From an uncultured Gammaproteobacteria bacterium (GTDB taxonomy: Bacteria; Pseudomonadota; Gammaproteobacteria; GCA-001735895), in NCBI GenBank assembly GCA_937984095.1, contig CALJYH010000055.1:1-50344 (forward strand): a stretch of DNA of 50,344 nucleotides, written 5' to 3'. Both the position numbers and the translations under genes were made by a program. How positions within the stretch are numbered: position 1 is the stretch's first letter; every line of letters starts with the position of its first letter. Under the pieces are notes generated by a model. That model saw nothing but the letters and a program-made list of their open reading frames with translations. It had not been told where the DNA came from and ran no database searches. Shown in pieces: positions 9,904 through 20,234 of the stretch.

Positions 9904-10800
9904 ATGCCTAGCCAGGCGCTATTATTACGCGTTGCTCCACTGATATTTGTCTCGCTGTGGAGCACCGGTTTTATCGCGGCCAAGTACAGCATGCAAAACG
10001 CCGATCCGTTCGTTTTCCTGTGTCTGCGATTCTCCATCACCGCTATCGCGCTGATACCGATATTGCTTCTATTCGGGGCGGCGCTACCGCGCCGTATCTG
10101 GTCTTTCAGGCACGATATGGTGACCGGCGCACTGTTGCATTGCGGTTATCTCGGTTTCCTGTTCTGGCCAATCAAGAACGGTGTACCTTCCGGAATCGTC
10201 GCAATTATTATTGGTGTGCAGCCCATCCTGACGATGATCCTGGCAAGCCTTTACATTGGCGAGCATCTCGATTTTCGCAAGGTTGCGGGCTTGCTGATCG
10301 GCTTTGTCGGAATCAGCATTGTCATCGTCGGCAAGTATGGAATAGCCCTCGGGCTCAGCGGTGGTCTCAACCTGTTCGATCTCGGCATGTGCCTAATCAG
10401 CCTGATGTCGATGGCGCTAGGGGTATTTTACCAGAAGAAATTCTGTGATCAGTCGCAACTGTTGCCGGGTACACTGATGCAATACGTCGCTGGGTCGCTA
10501 GCAACCGCGTTCTTCGCCCTGCTCTTCAGCGAGACCTGGACAATCGACTGGACCCCTACCTTCGGGATCGCGCTGACCTGGCAAGTGCTGGGATTGTCGA
10601 TTGGTGCGGTCATGCTGCTGATGTACATCATCAAGAACGGCGAAGCCGGCAGGTTATCGAGCATGTTTTACCTGGTACCACCACTGGTGGTGGTTGAGGC
10701 ACATTTCCTGTTTGGCGAAACCCTGGGGGCGTTATCAATAGCCGGGATGATGGTTTGCCTAATGGGGGTTTACCTGGTCAGCCGCTCAGCCAAAACGTAA
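9904..10800 (+). CDS. DMT/EamA family transporter
   Basis: WSTGFIAAKY, QPILT, FYLVPP; about 10 TM. Confidence 0.9.
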   Translation: MPSQALLLRVAPLIFVSLWSTGFIAAKYSMQNADPFVFLCLRFSITAIALIPILLLFGAALPRRIWSFRHDMVTGALLHCGYLGFLFWPIKNGVPSGIVAIIIGVQPILTMILASLYIGEHLDFRKVAGLLIGFVGISIVIVGKYGIALGLSGGLNLFDLGMCLISLMSMALGVFYQKKFCDQSQLLPGTLMQYVAGSLATAFFALLFSETWTIDWTPTFGIALTWQVLGLSIGAVMLLMYIIKNGEAGRLSSMFYLVPPLVVVEAHFLFGETLGALSIAGMMVCLMGVYLVSRSAKT

Positions 10801-10849
10801 ATTTACAGCCAACTGCTATACTCATATGCAAGATAATATTGAACCTGCA

Positions 10850-11320
10850 ATGAAGAAATTCCACCTCTTGATCACCAGCCTTTTGCTGGTCTTTTTAATG
10901 GCAAGCCCGGTGAGTCATGGCCAGCTTTTCAAGTGGGTCGATGGACAGGGCAATGTGCATTATGGTGATAGTCCTCCCGACAATGCCAAGCTCAAGCGAA
11001 TTACCGGCAAGGTCAGCAGCTATACCTCGGTTAGCGTCGAAGCATTCGTTTATGACCCAGGCAATATAAGCAAGCGTAAAAAATCTACCAGAGTCGTAAT
11101 GTATTCAACCCGCTGGTGTGGCTATTGCAAGCAGGCCGCACAGCACTTCAGGAAAAACAAGATTCCCTTTGTCGAATACGATATCGAGAAATCTGAGCGG
11201 GGAGCAAAAGAATATAAAAAGTTAAACGGCCGCGGCGTGCCGATTATCCTGATCGGAGATCAGCGTATGAATGGTTTCAATGCGAGTTCGTTCGACAGTA
11301 TTTACTACAGCAAGTCATAA
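10850..11320 (+). CDS. Secreted DUF4124 + glutaredoxin domain protein
   Basis: Signal peptide, [17 protein letters not shown] (DUF4124), WCGYC and GVP glutaredoxin motifs. Confidence 0.88.
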   Translation: MKKFHLLITSLLLVFLMASPVSHGQLFKWVDGQGNVHYGDSPPDNAKLKRITGKVSSYTSVSVEAFVYDPGNISKRKKSTRVVMYSTRWCGYCKQAAQHFRKNKIPFVEYDIEKSERGAKEYKKLNGRGVPIILIGDQRMNGFNASSFDSIYYSKS

Positions 11321-11368
11321 AGATTGAGCCACATCCATAATTCTCCTAGAATGGCCGGGCTTAGATGT

Positions 11369-11446
<78 letters not shown>

Positions 11447-11503
11447 TTTAAGAAAATAAAAAGGCCTCTTACCCAAAGTGTGAGGCCTTTTTATTTTCTT
11501 AAA
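11447..11503. terminator. Perfect 22-bp hairpin after tRNA-Pro (bidirectional terminator-like)
   Basis: TTTAAGAAAATAAAAAGGCCTC / GAGGCCTTTTTATTTTCTTAAA with a 13-nt loop. Confidence 0.75.
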
Positions 11504-11529
11504 GTGGTCGGGAAGATGGAACCGAATCA

Positions 11530-11719
11530 GAGGTTCACAAAATCGCCCGGAGCGATTTTGCGGCGCGCGCAACGCGCGCGGTCCGAAGGACCGAGCACAA
11601 GGATGTGCGAGCCAAATCCTCGTGTCGACTCCCTTGATCAAACAATACAACTAGATTTTGCACAGCGTTCTAGCGCTGCCCGTAGGGCGCCGGCCATGGA
11701 TGGCCGGCGTGAAATCCTC
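11530..11719 (+). repeat. Two structurally conserved tRNA-linked hairpin repeats
   Basis: GATTTTG at 11554 and 11654; AAATCCTC at 11614 and 11712; three hairpins between them in each copy. Confidence 0.65.
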
Positions 11720-11788
11720 CCACTCAGCAGTCTCATTTTGTGATGGATCCCGCGACCTGCGCGGCCCGGCAGCCGCAGAATGACAGTA

Positions 11789-12412
11789 TCAGCTTTCAGA
11801 CCGGGGAAAGGACGCGGCTTGTCCTACAAAAAACAACCATATAGCAGCACCCACGAATTTACATCCCTCTTCAATCAGCTGAACGTGGGCATAGTCCAGT
11901 GGAATCTTTCGTTGATATATATCGATGTGTACCGAAGAAGCGAGCAACAGTCCCGCGAGCAGGAAGGTAAACCCATCGATTTCTATTATCTTTCGATAAT
12001 GACGGATCAATAAGGCCAGGGCGAAAATAGCGTAAAAAAGAAAAATTCCCTTTTGGTAGACATACCGTTCATGCAAAAGAAAGAAATCGTCGACGGCAAG
12101 CAGCAGCGATAACAAACCCAGTAACACGATTAACTCATTCGAAGCGCTTCTAAACCTGGAATGATTTGTCAACAGGCTAAAGCAACAGATTGCCGCCGAG
12201 GAAACCCACAACCAGACACCGATGTTGGATACGAAACCGAGAAAACTCGATAATCCGGTCTGTTGGGCTGGATCCCGCAAAATCTCTCTGATGGTAAATC
12301 CCGAACTCGTCAAAATCAGGACAGCCGCGGAATAAAAGAGTAACGCCGGGATAGCGACACATAAAATACTAATCAGTATCTTTCGGGTAGCAAAAATCTG
12401 CTTCAAACTCAA
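11789..12412 (-). CDS. Hypothetical integral membrane protein
   Basis: 207 aa, about 6 hydrophobic segments, DDFFLLHE and EEGCKF motifs; AT-richer than neighbours. Confidence 0.75.
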   Translation of the reverse strand: MSLKQIFATRKILISILCVAIPALLFYSAAVLILTSSGFTIREILRDPAQQTGLSSFLGFVSNIGVWLWVSSAAICCFSLLTNHSRFRSASNELIVLLGLLSLLLAVDDFFLLHERYVYQKGIFLFYAIFALALLIRHYRKIIEIDGFTFLLAGLLLASSVHIDIYQRKIPLDYAHVQLIEEGCKFVGAAIWLFFVGQAASFPRSES

Positions 12413-12645
12413 TTTATCTGGCCTCGCTATTACTGATTCGTAAAACAGTAATTCATTGTAATCTGGCTTTCATAGGTGACCGTTATATTGTATAGGTATT
12501 CAGCAACCGTAAACCATCGACCACTAATAAATTATCGACACGATACCTGTCATCTCATATCTTTATATCCGGAAACCACCTTTGGATAGTCAACTGTAAT
12601 TTTTTGTTAGACAATACTCGAAAAATCATATCCGAGCAGGTATCC

Positions 12646-13686
12646 ATGCATTTCAGTATCCAGCTTTCCGCCTACTATCCGGACAAGTCTTATGGTGGCG
12701 ATCGTGTTTACCAGGACATGCTGGAACTCGCTCGTTGTGCCGATCAATTCGGCTACGAGTCGGTTGGTATTACCGAACATCACCTGATCAATATCTTAAT
12801 GATGCCGGCGCCACTGCAGTTCGCGGTCAAGATCGCTAGCCAGACCGAGAACATCAAAATCATCACCGCGGTTTCGGTGTTGCCGTTACACGACATGCGC
12901 GTTCTCGCCGGCGAACTGGTCTGCGCGGACATATTCACCGATCACCGCCTCATGGTTGGAGTCGGTCGCGGTGCCTTCGGTTTTGAGATGGATCGCATGG
13001 GCGTGCCACTGGAAACCAGCCGCGAGAAATTCGATGAATCCCTGAACATACTGCAGGCATTGCTCGCTGACGAAGAAGTTTCCTGGGACGGAAAATATTA
13101 CAAATTCGATCCACTGACGATTATGCCACGCCCGGTTAACGACATCCCGCTGATGATGGCGGTCCTTGTTCCCGAGGCCATTTATCACTGCACCAAACGT
13201 GGGTTTCATATTCAAACCACACCGCTCTCGGGAGATCATCAACACATGCTTGACCAGGTCAATGCGTTCAACCGAGGCAAGGAAGAACTTGGTGATGCCG
13301 GGGCACACCAAACTCTGTCGCTGTCCCGAGTCGCATTTTTGTCGCACAGCGATGCTGACCGCAATCGAAAAATTCAGATGGCACATGATTACTACAGCCG
13401 CTTCGATAACGTTTTTAGCGGACCCGGAGTCGTCGAGAACGGAATGATAAAGCCCTTGCCTCGAAAAATGACTGTAGAACAAACGGCCGAGAATTTAACC
13501 ATTTGCACCCCGTCGGAAATGATCGACAAGCTGGCTCCCTACGCTGAGTCCGGTGTGGATCGCTTCATCATGAACGTCAACTTCGGGGTCGAGCAATCTG
13601 AAGTGCTCGAATCGATTCAATGCTTCGCGGAAGAGGTGATGCCGCATTTCACCTCTGGCCCAACCTCTCAGGCCAAAGCATCATAA
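12646..13686 (+). CDS. LLM class flavin-dependent monooxygenase (luciferase-like)
   Basis: ITEHH, RLMVGVGRGAF, FAEEVMPHF; ATG 12646 after a GAGCAGG RBS-like sequence. Confidence 0.9.
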   Translation: MHFSIQLSAYYPDKSYGGDRVYQDMLELARCADQFGYESVGITEHHLINILMMPAPLQFAVKIASQTENIKIITAVSVLPLHDMRVLAGELVCADIFTDHRLMVGVGRGAFGFEMDRMGVPLETSREKFDESLNILQALLADEEVSWDGKYYKFDPLTIMPRPVNDIPLMMAVLVPEAIYHCTKRGFHIQTTPLSGDHQHMLDQVNAFNRGKEELGDAGAHQTLSLSRVAFLSHSDADRNRKIQMAHDYYSRFDNVFSGPGVVENGMIKPLPRKMTVEQTAENLTICTPSEMIDKLAPYAESGVDRFIMNVNFGVEQSEVLESIQCFAEEVMPHFTSGPTSQAKAS

Positions 13687-13695
13687 CCATAATTT

Positions 13696-14478
13696 GTGGC
13701 TACGGCAGACGTCAGTTATCGAATCGAAGGACAGGGTCCAGCACTTTATCTTGTGCATGGCATTGGTGCCCGTAAGACCGCCTGGGATAAACTCATTGTC
13801 GGCCTCAAGGACCAATTCACCTGTGTCAGCTACGATTTGCGCGGCCATGGCGAAAGTCCCGTTCCGCCAACGCCTTATACACTCGATGATCTCGTCGATG
13901 ATCTCGAAGCGTTGCGGCAGAAACTCGGACACGAGAAAATTCACGTCGCCGGGCATTCGCTCGGCGGCATGATTGGTCCTGCCTACGCACGCGCCTACCC
14001 CGATCATATCCTGAGTGTCGGCCTGCTTAGCACCGCCGCGGGTCGCAGCGAGGATGATCGCGCGAAACTGAAAGCGGTCGGCGATGCGATGCAGCAAAAC
14101 GGGATCGCTGAAACTCTGGGTACCTTTGTTGCACGATGGTTCACCGATACATTCATCCAGGCACACCCGGATCTGGTAGAAGCACGTCTGCAACAGGTTA
14201 AGGATACCCCGGCAGATGTTTTCCTGAGCGTATTCTGGATTTACGCCACCACGGAAATGGCGCCCTGGTTGCATGAAGTCAATTGCCCCTGCCTGGTGCT
14301 GACCGGCGAACTCGATGGCGGTTGCAATCCACGTCTCAATCAATTCATTGATAGCGAACTGCCCGATTCCAGCCTGGTCATTCTCGAAGGACTCAAACAT
14401 GCATTAATGATTGAAGCCAGTGAGCGTGTACTTCCACATCTGCGAGATTTTCTACTCGGACAAAGCAGAGACTGCTAA
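13696..14478 (+). CDS. Alpha/beta hydrolase (enol-lactonase-like)
   Basis: LVHGIG, YDLRGHGES, GHSLGG nucleophile, TGELD acid, LKH histidine. Confidence 0.9.
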   Translation: MATADVSYRIEGQGPALYLVHGIGARKTAWDKLIVGLKDQFTCVSYDLRGHGESPVPPTPYTLDDLVDDLEALRQKLGHEKIHVAGHSLGGMIGPAYARAYPDHILSVGLLSTAAGRSEDDRAKLKAVGDAMQQNGIAETLGTFVARWFTDTFIQAHPDLVEARLQQVKDTPADVFLSVFWIYATTEMAPWLHEVNCPCLVLTGELDGGCNPRLNQFIDSELPDSSLVILEGLKHALMIEASERVLPHLRDFLLGQSRDC

Positions 14479-14488
14479 TCTTCGCCTC

Positions 14489-15379
14489 GTGGAATTCAAC
14501 AACCTAAAGGCTGCGCTCTTCGTGGTCATCGCAATGTCGATGATTACCACCAATGACGCCATCGTAAAGCACATCACTCAGGTATTTAATGTCGGGCAGA
14601 TCATGTTTTTGCGGGGTGCCCTGATCTGCATAATCTTCGCCAGCGTGATGATGCTTCGTAAACAGCCTGTTTTCAATCGCCGTACACTGCATCGCTGGAA
14701 CCTGCTACGTGCGTTATTTGAGCTGGGCGCCACCCTCGCCTTTCTGACTGGCCTGTCCATGTTACCCATCGCCGTGGCATCAACACTGGGCTTTGCGTCA
14801 CCCATATTCCTGGCACTGCTGGCGGCAACCATACTGAAGGAAAACGTAAGTCTGGATCGGTGGATCGTTATCCTGGTCGGGTTTGGTGGCGTCATGCTGA
14901 TCACCAATCCGTTTTCCGAGACTGCATCATGGGCAGTTATATTTCCAATCATCTGTGCTTTTTTCGTGGCGTTACGCGATATCGCGATTCGCTATGTACC
15001 CGATGAAATTCCCTCCTCGCAAGTCGCGTTCACCAATGCCTGGATTGTCATGCTGGGTGGTGGAATCTATTCGATTTACCAGGGATGGGGAGACGCTAAC
15101 CTGCAATGGTACCTGTGGTTCATCGGTTTAGGCGGCGTACTTTACTGTGGATACCTGTTCCTGATCATCGGTAGCCGTATCGGGGAATTGTCCTTCATCG
15201 GCCCGTTTAAATACGTCAGCATCCTGATTGCGCTTATCTACGGTTACCTGATTTGGGGTGACGAACCGACTTTGGCAATGCTGGCAGGTGCCAGCCTGAT
15301 TGTAATTTCGGGTATCATACTGGTATCCACCGAAAAACAACGCAATCGCAGCAAAGTCCTGACATCGGAAACTCAGTAA
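14489..15379 (+). CDS. DMT/EamA family transporter
   Basis: NDAIVK, QIMFLRG, ILKENV, PFKY; about 10 TM; start inferred at GTG 14489. Confidence 0.85.
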   Translation: MEFNNLKAALFVVIAMSMITTNDAIVKHITQVFNVGQIMFLRGALICIIFASVMMLRKQPVFNRRTLHRWNLLRALFELGATLAFLTGLSMLPIAVASTLGFASPIFLALLAATILKENVSLDRWIVILVGFGGVMLITNPFSETASWAVIFPIICAFFVALRDIAIRYVPDEIPSSQVAFTNAWIVMLGGGIYSIYQGWGDANLQWYLWFIGLGGVLYCGYLFLIIGSRIGELSFIGPFKYVSILIALIYGYLIWGDEPTLAMLAGASLIVISGIILVSTEKQRNRSKVLTSETQ

Positions 15380-15384
15380 CCACA

Positions 15385-16590
15385 ATGTCCACTCCACAAC
15401 CAGACAAAACATCGGGCTGTTATGCCCCGGGCGTAATCGACTGGGTTTTCACGCGGGGTCGCCGTGTCGAGAGTACCAACGAATTTGTGCACCAGCTCGC
15501 GCATCAAATGAATGAGCACGGCGCATCGATTGACCGCTTGATGGTGTCGCTGCTGACACTCAATCCACAACTTGTCGGCACTTCGGAAACCTGGCTGAAA
15601 TTAACTGACAAGACCACGCCCATCAATGCATCGCACGGCGTGCGTAACACCGAACGCTATATCGGTAGCCCACTAGCAACAATCTACGAAACCCATAAAC
15701 GCGTGCGCCAGCGGCTGGATAATCTGCCGGAAGATGCACATCGTGCCTATACCGAACTGGCCGAGGAAGGATTTACCGATTACGTGGCGCTGCCGGTGCT
15801 TTTTGGCGAAGTCGCCGAACCCGGCGCGGCGATAATCATCAGCACCAAAAGAAAAGGTGGTTTCAGCGATCAGCACATCGAGAGCTTCAGGCGAATTCGT
15901 GATTACCTGGCACCGGTTCTCGAAGTGCATGCGTTGCGACATATATCGCGTTCGTTGATGAATACCTATGTCGGCAAACGTACCAGCGAAAAAGTCCTCG
16001 CCGGCATGATCAAACGCGGCGATGCCGATGTCATCAACGCTGCTCTCTGGTTTAGCGATTTGCGCAATTTTACCCACCTGACTGAAACACTGCCAGCCGA
16101 ACAAATACTGGACATGTTGAATGAATACTTTGAATTCGTATCGGCCGCGGTCACCGCTCGCGGCGGCGAGATTCTGCGTTTTATCGGCGATGCGATGTTG
16201 ATCGTGTTTCCAATCAATGAAGATATTTGCGAGCAAACCGCATGCAACGCGGCCATAGATTCAGCCATCGATGCCCAGAACACGCTCGCGACCATGAATC
16301 ATCAGCGCCGCCGACACAACAAGCCAGCAATCGAATTTGGCGTCGGCCTGAATGTCGGCGAGGTGATTTACGGTAATGTCGGCGCACCCGATCGACTCGA
16401 CTTCACCGTCATGGGTCCCGCGGTTAACCGTACCGCACGCCTCGAATCCCTGACCAAGGAATTCGATTGCAATATTCTGTTTTCAAAAACTTTTTCCGAA
16501 TTGATCGAGGTGCCTTCGGAATTCCTGGGCGACCACGAAATGAAGGGAATCGCTGAGCCACAGGCTGTTTACGCGCTTTGTGAAACCTGA
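15385..16590 (+). CDS. Class III adenylate/guanylate cyclase with N-terminal GAF-like region
   Basis: WFSDLRNFT, RFIGDA, YGNVG..DRLDFTVMGPAVNRTARLE. Confidence 0.9.
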   Translation: MSTPQPDKTSGCYAPGVIDWVFTRGRRVESTNEFVHQLAHQMNEHGASIDRLMVSLLTLNPQLVGTSETWLKLTDKTTPINASHGVRNTERYIGSPLATIYETHKRVRQRLDNLPEDAHRAYTELAEEGFTDYVALPVLFGEVAEPGAAIIISTKRKGGFSDQHIESFRRIRDYLAPVLEVHALRHISRSLMNTYVGKRTSEKVLAGMIKRGDADVINAALWFSDLRNFTHLTETLPAEQILDMLNEYFEFVSAAVTARGGEILRFIGDAMLIVFPINEDICEQTACNAAIDSAIDAQNTLATMNHQRRRHNKPAIEFGVGLNVGEVIYGNVGAPDRLDFTVMGPAVNRTARLESLTKEFDCNILFSKTFSELIEVPSEFLGDHEMKGIAEPQAVYALCET

Positions 16591-16592
16591 AG

Positions 16593-17696
16593 ATGCGAAT
16601 TTCCGAAGTTCACATCTACCAGAAAGACCTGCAATTGAAAACGCCCTACACGATGGCTGGGACAGTGTTGCACACGCTGGATTCCACCATCGTAAAACTC
16701 GTCTGCGACAACGGTTTATGCGGCTGGGGCGAAACCTGTCCCGTCGGTCCTGCCTACCAACCGGAACATGCCGCAGGTGCAAGGGCCGCTTTGGCACAAT
16801 TGGCTCCGGCAATCATTGGTGAATCAGCGCTTACTCCCCTGTTGTTAAGGCGTCGTCTGGATGCAAACTTGAATGGCCACAACCAGGCCAAGGCAGCCAT
16901 CGATGTCGCGCTAATGGACTTGATCGGGAAACACCATAAGATGCGCGTCTGTGATCTGCTCGGCGGTGCTATCAGCGAGAAGATTCCGTCGTATTATGCA
17001 CTGGGCATCGCTTCACCCGGAGATTGCGCCAAACAGGCAAGGGAAAAAACTGATCAAGGATTTCCGCGCTTACAAATCAAGTGCGGTGGCCGCGACATTG
17101 ATGAGGATATTGCCGTTGTCCACAAGGTCTGGGAGGCGGTTGGCAACCAGGTTCGCCTGGCAGTCGACGCGAATCGCAGCCTCACTGCGAGAGATACCCT
17201 GCTTCTCAGCCTGTCCTGCAAACAGATCCCCATCGTCATCGAGCAACCCTGTAATACCATGGAGGAAATCGCTTCGATACGCCCGCAGATTCATCACCCG
17301 GTGTACCTGGATGAAAACACCGAAACTATCAACGATGTATTGCGCGCAATTTCGCTCGGTATTTGCGACGGCTTCGGCCTTAAATTGACCAGGCTTGGTG
17401 GACTTAACGCATTTACCACGGTACGTGACATTTGCGCGGTGCGCTCGCTACCGCATTCCTGCGACGATACACATGGTGGCGACATCATCGCAGCGGCCTG
17501 CGTACATGCAGGATCGACGGTGGAACCAAAATTACTCGAAGGGGTCTGGATCGGCGCACCTTATTACCAGCAACACTACGATCCCGAAAATAGTATTCAG
17601 ATCAAAGATGGTCACATCAATCTGCCGCGGGCACCAGGGCTGGGTATTACTCCCGATGAAAACCTTATTGGCAATCTATCGGCATCATTTGGTTGA
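16593..17696 (+). CDS. hpbD: 4-hydroxyproline betaine 2-epimerase HpbD-like (enolase superfamily)
   Basis: GWGETCPVGPAY, GFPRLQIK, EQPCNT, CDGFGLKLTR, LPHSCDD..GGDIIAAAC closely match the HpbD sequence as I recall it. Confidence 0.8.
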   Translation: MRISEVHIYQKDLQLKTPYTMAGTVLHTLDSTIVKLVCDNGLCGWGETCPVGPAYQPEHAAGARAALAQLAPAIIGESALTPLLLRRRLDANLNGHNQAKAAIDVALMDLIGKHHKMRVCDLLGGAISEKIPSYYALGIASPGDCAKQAREKTDQGFPRLQIKCGGRDIDEDIAVVHKVWEAVGNQVRLAVDANRSLTARDTLLLSLSCKQIPIVIEQPCNTMEEIASIRPQIHHPVYLDENTETINDVLRAISLGICDGFGLKLTRLGGLNAFTTVRDICAVRSLPHSCDDTHGGDIIAAACVHAGSTVEPKLLEGVWIGAPYYQQHYDPENSIQIKDGHINLPRAPGLGITPDENLIGNLSASFG

Positions 17697-17723
17697 AGCG
17701 CACTAAAGGCTCCTTTGCGGCTG

Positions 17724-20117
17724 TCAAATCAGGCTCTCGTCGATCACTCGGACTTTATGGTGCCGACCTAGTAATGCAACTTCCAGGCTGGTTTCAGCAG
17801 AGGTAAATTCCGAACTGAGATAAGCCATCGCCAGGTTCTTGTGCACGCGAAAGCCCCAGGCTGCCGAAGTAATGGTGCCGACAACCTCGTCTCCCCGGTA
17901 AACAGACTCTCCTGCCTGACATGGAGCAGTCTCGCAATCAACCTCGAGCAGGACGCGCTTACGCCTGATGCCGGCATCGAGTTGCTGTTGCAGGCTATTT
18001 TTACCGGGAAAAGATTTCTCCAGTTTAACGAAACGCTCCAACCCGGCTTCAATCGGGTTGTACTCGTCGATAAAATCAGCCTTCCAGTGCCCATACCCCT
18101 TCTCGAGGCGCATCGATTCGAGCGCATACATGCCGAAGCCAACCAGGCCGAATGATTGTCCCTGCTGTCGTAACAGTTGGTATGCACCGATTAAATGCTG
18201 ATTCGGGATATGCAACTCGTAACCGAGTTCCCCGCAAAAGCTGACCGACATCACGACTGCTTCGAAATGACCCAGCAAGCATCGGCGTACGCTCAGCCAC
18301 GGAAAGGCCTCGCTGCTCCAGTTCTCGCGGGAGCTCACTGCTTCTAGCAAAGTCCTGGACTTTGGCCCGGCTATCACCAGCGCAGTCGTGTCGTTGGTCA
18401 GGCTCTCAATACGAATCGAGCTATCTTCCGGTAGCCTCTCGTGCAACCAGTCCCAGTCGTGCAGCTCGGCGGCTGCGGCTGATCCATACCAGAGATGATC
18501 GTTTTCGATCAGGGCCAGAGTCGCTTCGCCCGACACATTACCGCTCTCGTTCAGGAAATAGGCCAGGCCGACCTTGCCGGGACTGGACGGCACCCTGGAA
18601 CAGGTCAGAGAATCGATCCATTCGCGTGCACCGGGGCCGCTTATCAAATAACGATTGAAACCGGATAATTCCAGTATGCCGACACCACGACACAAGGACT
18701 CGACTTCCCGTTTGACGATGCCATACCAGTTATTAAACCGGTAACCCTGTTCTTCGACAAATTCCGTCGTCGGCTTAAAAAAGGAAACTCGCTCCCAGCC
18801 GTTAACGACACCGAACTCGGCGCCCTCTTCCTGTAACACCGGGTACAACGGTGTGGTTCTGAGCGGTCGACCAGCCGGCCGGTGTTCATGCGGCAGGTGC
18901 CATTGAAATTCGAGCTGGTAATCTTCAACCGCTTTCAGCGCCGTGTATTCGAGGCTCACAAAGCGATTGATACGGCGTGGGTCAAGCTGCCAGCAATCCC
19001 ATTCGGTTTCACCGTGTACCATCATTTGTGCCAGCATCTTGCCGTAACCACCCCCTTCGCCAATTCCGACACGTAAGCCATTGATCGACCACGTATTGCG
19101 CATACCTGGCGTTTTCCCAACCAGGGGTCCTGCATCCGCGGTATAGGTGATCGGACCGTTCACGATCGACTGGATGCCGGCTTCCTGCAAACAGGGTAAG
19201 CGCTGGAAAATATTTTCCAGCCTCGGCAAACATCGATCGAGATCGTCCGGGCACAGCGCATTGGCAAAGTCCGGGGCGATTCCCTCCATGCCGAAGGTTT
19301 TACAGTCATGTTCGTAAACCCCGACCAGCAGCCCCTGTTTTTCCTGACGCAGGTAGAACCGATCTCTAGGGCAGCGCAGCATGGCCACGCGGTTCTCACG
19401 CTGCACCAGTTCATCGATGGGTTCAGTAACGAAATACATGTGCTCCATGGAAACGACCGGGTACTCGACCTCCATCAGGTCACCGACTTCATTGGCGCGA
19501 TAGCCAGCGGCATTGACGATATGCTCGCAGTGGATATCCCCGTCACGCGTATGCACGATCCATTCATGGTTTGCTTTCTGGGTCAGACCAATAACAGGAT
19601 TGTGCCGATAGATCTCGGCACCGGCGTTACGCGAACGTCGCGCCAGCGCCTGGCACAGTTGTGCCGGATCGATATCACCGTCGAGCCGATCGTAGAGAGC
19701 TGCCAGCAAGTCATGCGTCTCGAGCAAGGGATTCTTCTCGGCTGCCTGTTCGGAGTTTATCAACTCGAGTTCGACACCCATTCCATCCGCCACGGAAATA
19801 ATATGATGGCAGGCATCGAGTTGCTGCTGGTCGGTTATGAGGCGCAAGCCACCAACCGCATAGTGGTAATTAATCGGATATTTCGGATCTTCGGCGAGTT
19901 CCTTATACAGATCGATAGTGTAACTGCGCAAACCAATCAGCAACTGATTGAATGCGAGGTTTGGGCACTGCGCGGCGGAGTGCCAGGTAGTGCCAGAGGT
20001 TAGTTCGTCGCGCTCGACCAGAACGACATCGTTCCAGCCTTCCTGTGTCAGATGGTAAAGGGCTGAACAACCGCCAATCCCGCCACCGATGACAACCACC
20101 CGGGCATTAGATTTCAT
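17724..20117 (-). CDS. GcvT family FAD-dependent oxidoreductase (dimethylglycine/sarcosine dehydrogenase-like)
   Basis: VIGGGIGG, LTSGTTWHSA, NGPITYT, SMRLEKGY; FAD domain plus folate-binding domain, 797 aa. Confidence 0.9.
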   Translation of the reverse strand: MKSNARVVVIGGGIGGCSALYHLTQEGWNDVVLVERDELTSGTTWHSAAQCPNLAFNQLLIGLRSYTIDLYKELAEDPKYPINYHYAVGGLRLITDQQQLDACHHIISVADGMGVELELINSEQAAEKNPLLETHDLLAALYDRLDGDIDPAQLCQALARRSRNAGAEIYRHNPVIGLTQKANHEWIVHTRDGDIHCEHIVNAAGYRANEVGDLMEVEYPVVSMEHMYFVTEPIDELVQRENRVAMLRCPRDRFYLRQEKQGLLVGVYEHDCKTFGMEGIAPDFANALCPDDLDRCLPRLENIFQRLPCLQEAGIQSIVNGPITYTADAGPLVGKTPGMRNTWSINGLRVGIGEGGGYGKMLAQMMVHGETEWDCWQLDPRRINRFVSLEYTALKAVEDYQLEFQWHLPHEHRPAGRPLRTTPLYPVLQEEGAEFGVVNGWERVSFFKPTTEFVEEQGYRFNNWYGIVKREVESLCRGVGILELSGFNRYLISGPGAREWIDSLTCSRVPSSPGKVGLAYFLNESGNVSGEATLALIENDHLWYGSAAAAELHDWDWLHERLPEDSSIRIESLTNDTTALVIAGPKSRTLLEAVSSRENWSSEAFPWLSVRRCLLGHFEAVVMSVSFCGELGYELHIPNQHLIGAYQLLRQQGQSFGLVGFGMYALESMRLEKGYGHWKADFIDEYNPIEAGLERFVKLEKSFPGKNSLQQQLDAGIRRKRVLLEVDCETAPCQAGESVYRGDEVVGTITSAAWGFRVHKNLAMAYLSSEFTSAETSLEVALLGRHHKVRVIDESLI

Positions 20118-20234
20118 ATTAACTTTCTTCGATAACTAATTGAATTATAAATGTTTTATAATTCCTGACTATCGGCTCTCACGCTATGATCTTCTCCAGC
20201 GAAATTCTTACGGTCGATATCACCAACCGTCAGC

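Noticed and set aside
11744-11784. REP-like remnant TGGATCCCGCG...GAATGAC, and a shared TCGTCATCCGGC at 26624 and 37515
   Set aside because: Too short and degenerate to establish a repeat family from this window
13681-14400. Long antisense ORFs (e.g. 13681..14400, 19308..20003, 27583..28269)
   Set aside because: They lie opposite well-supported genes and show no recognisable motifs
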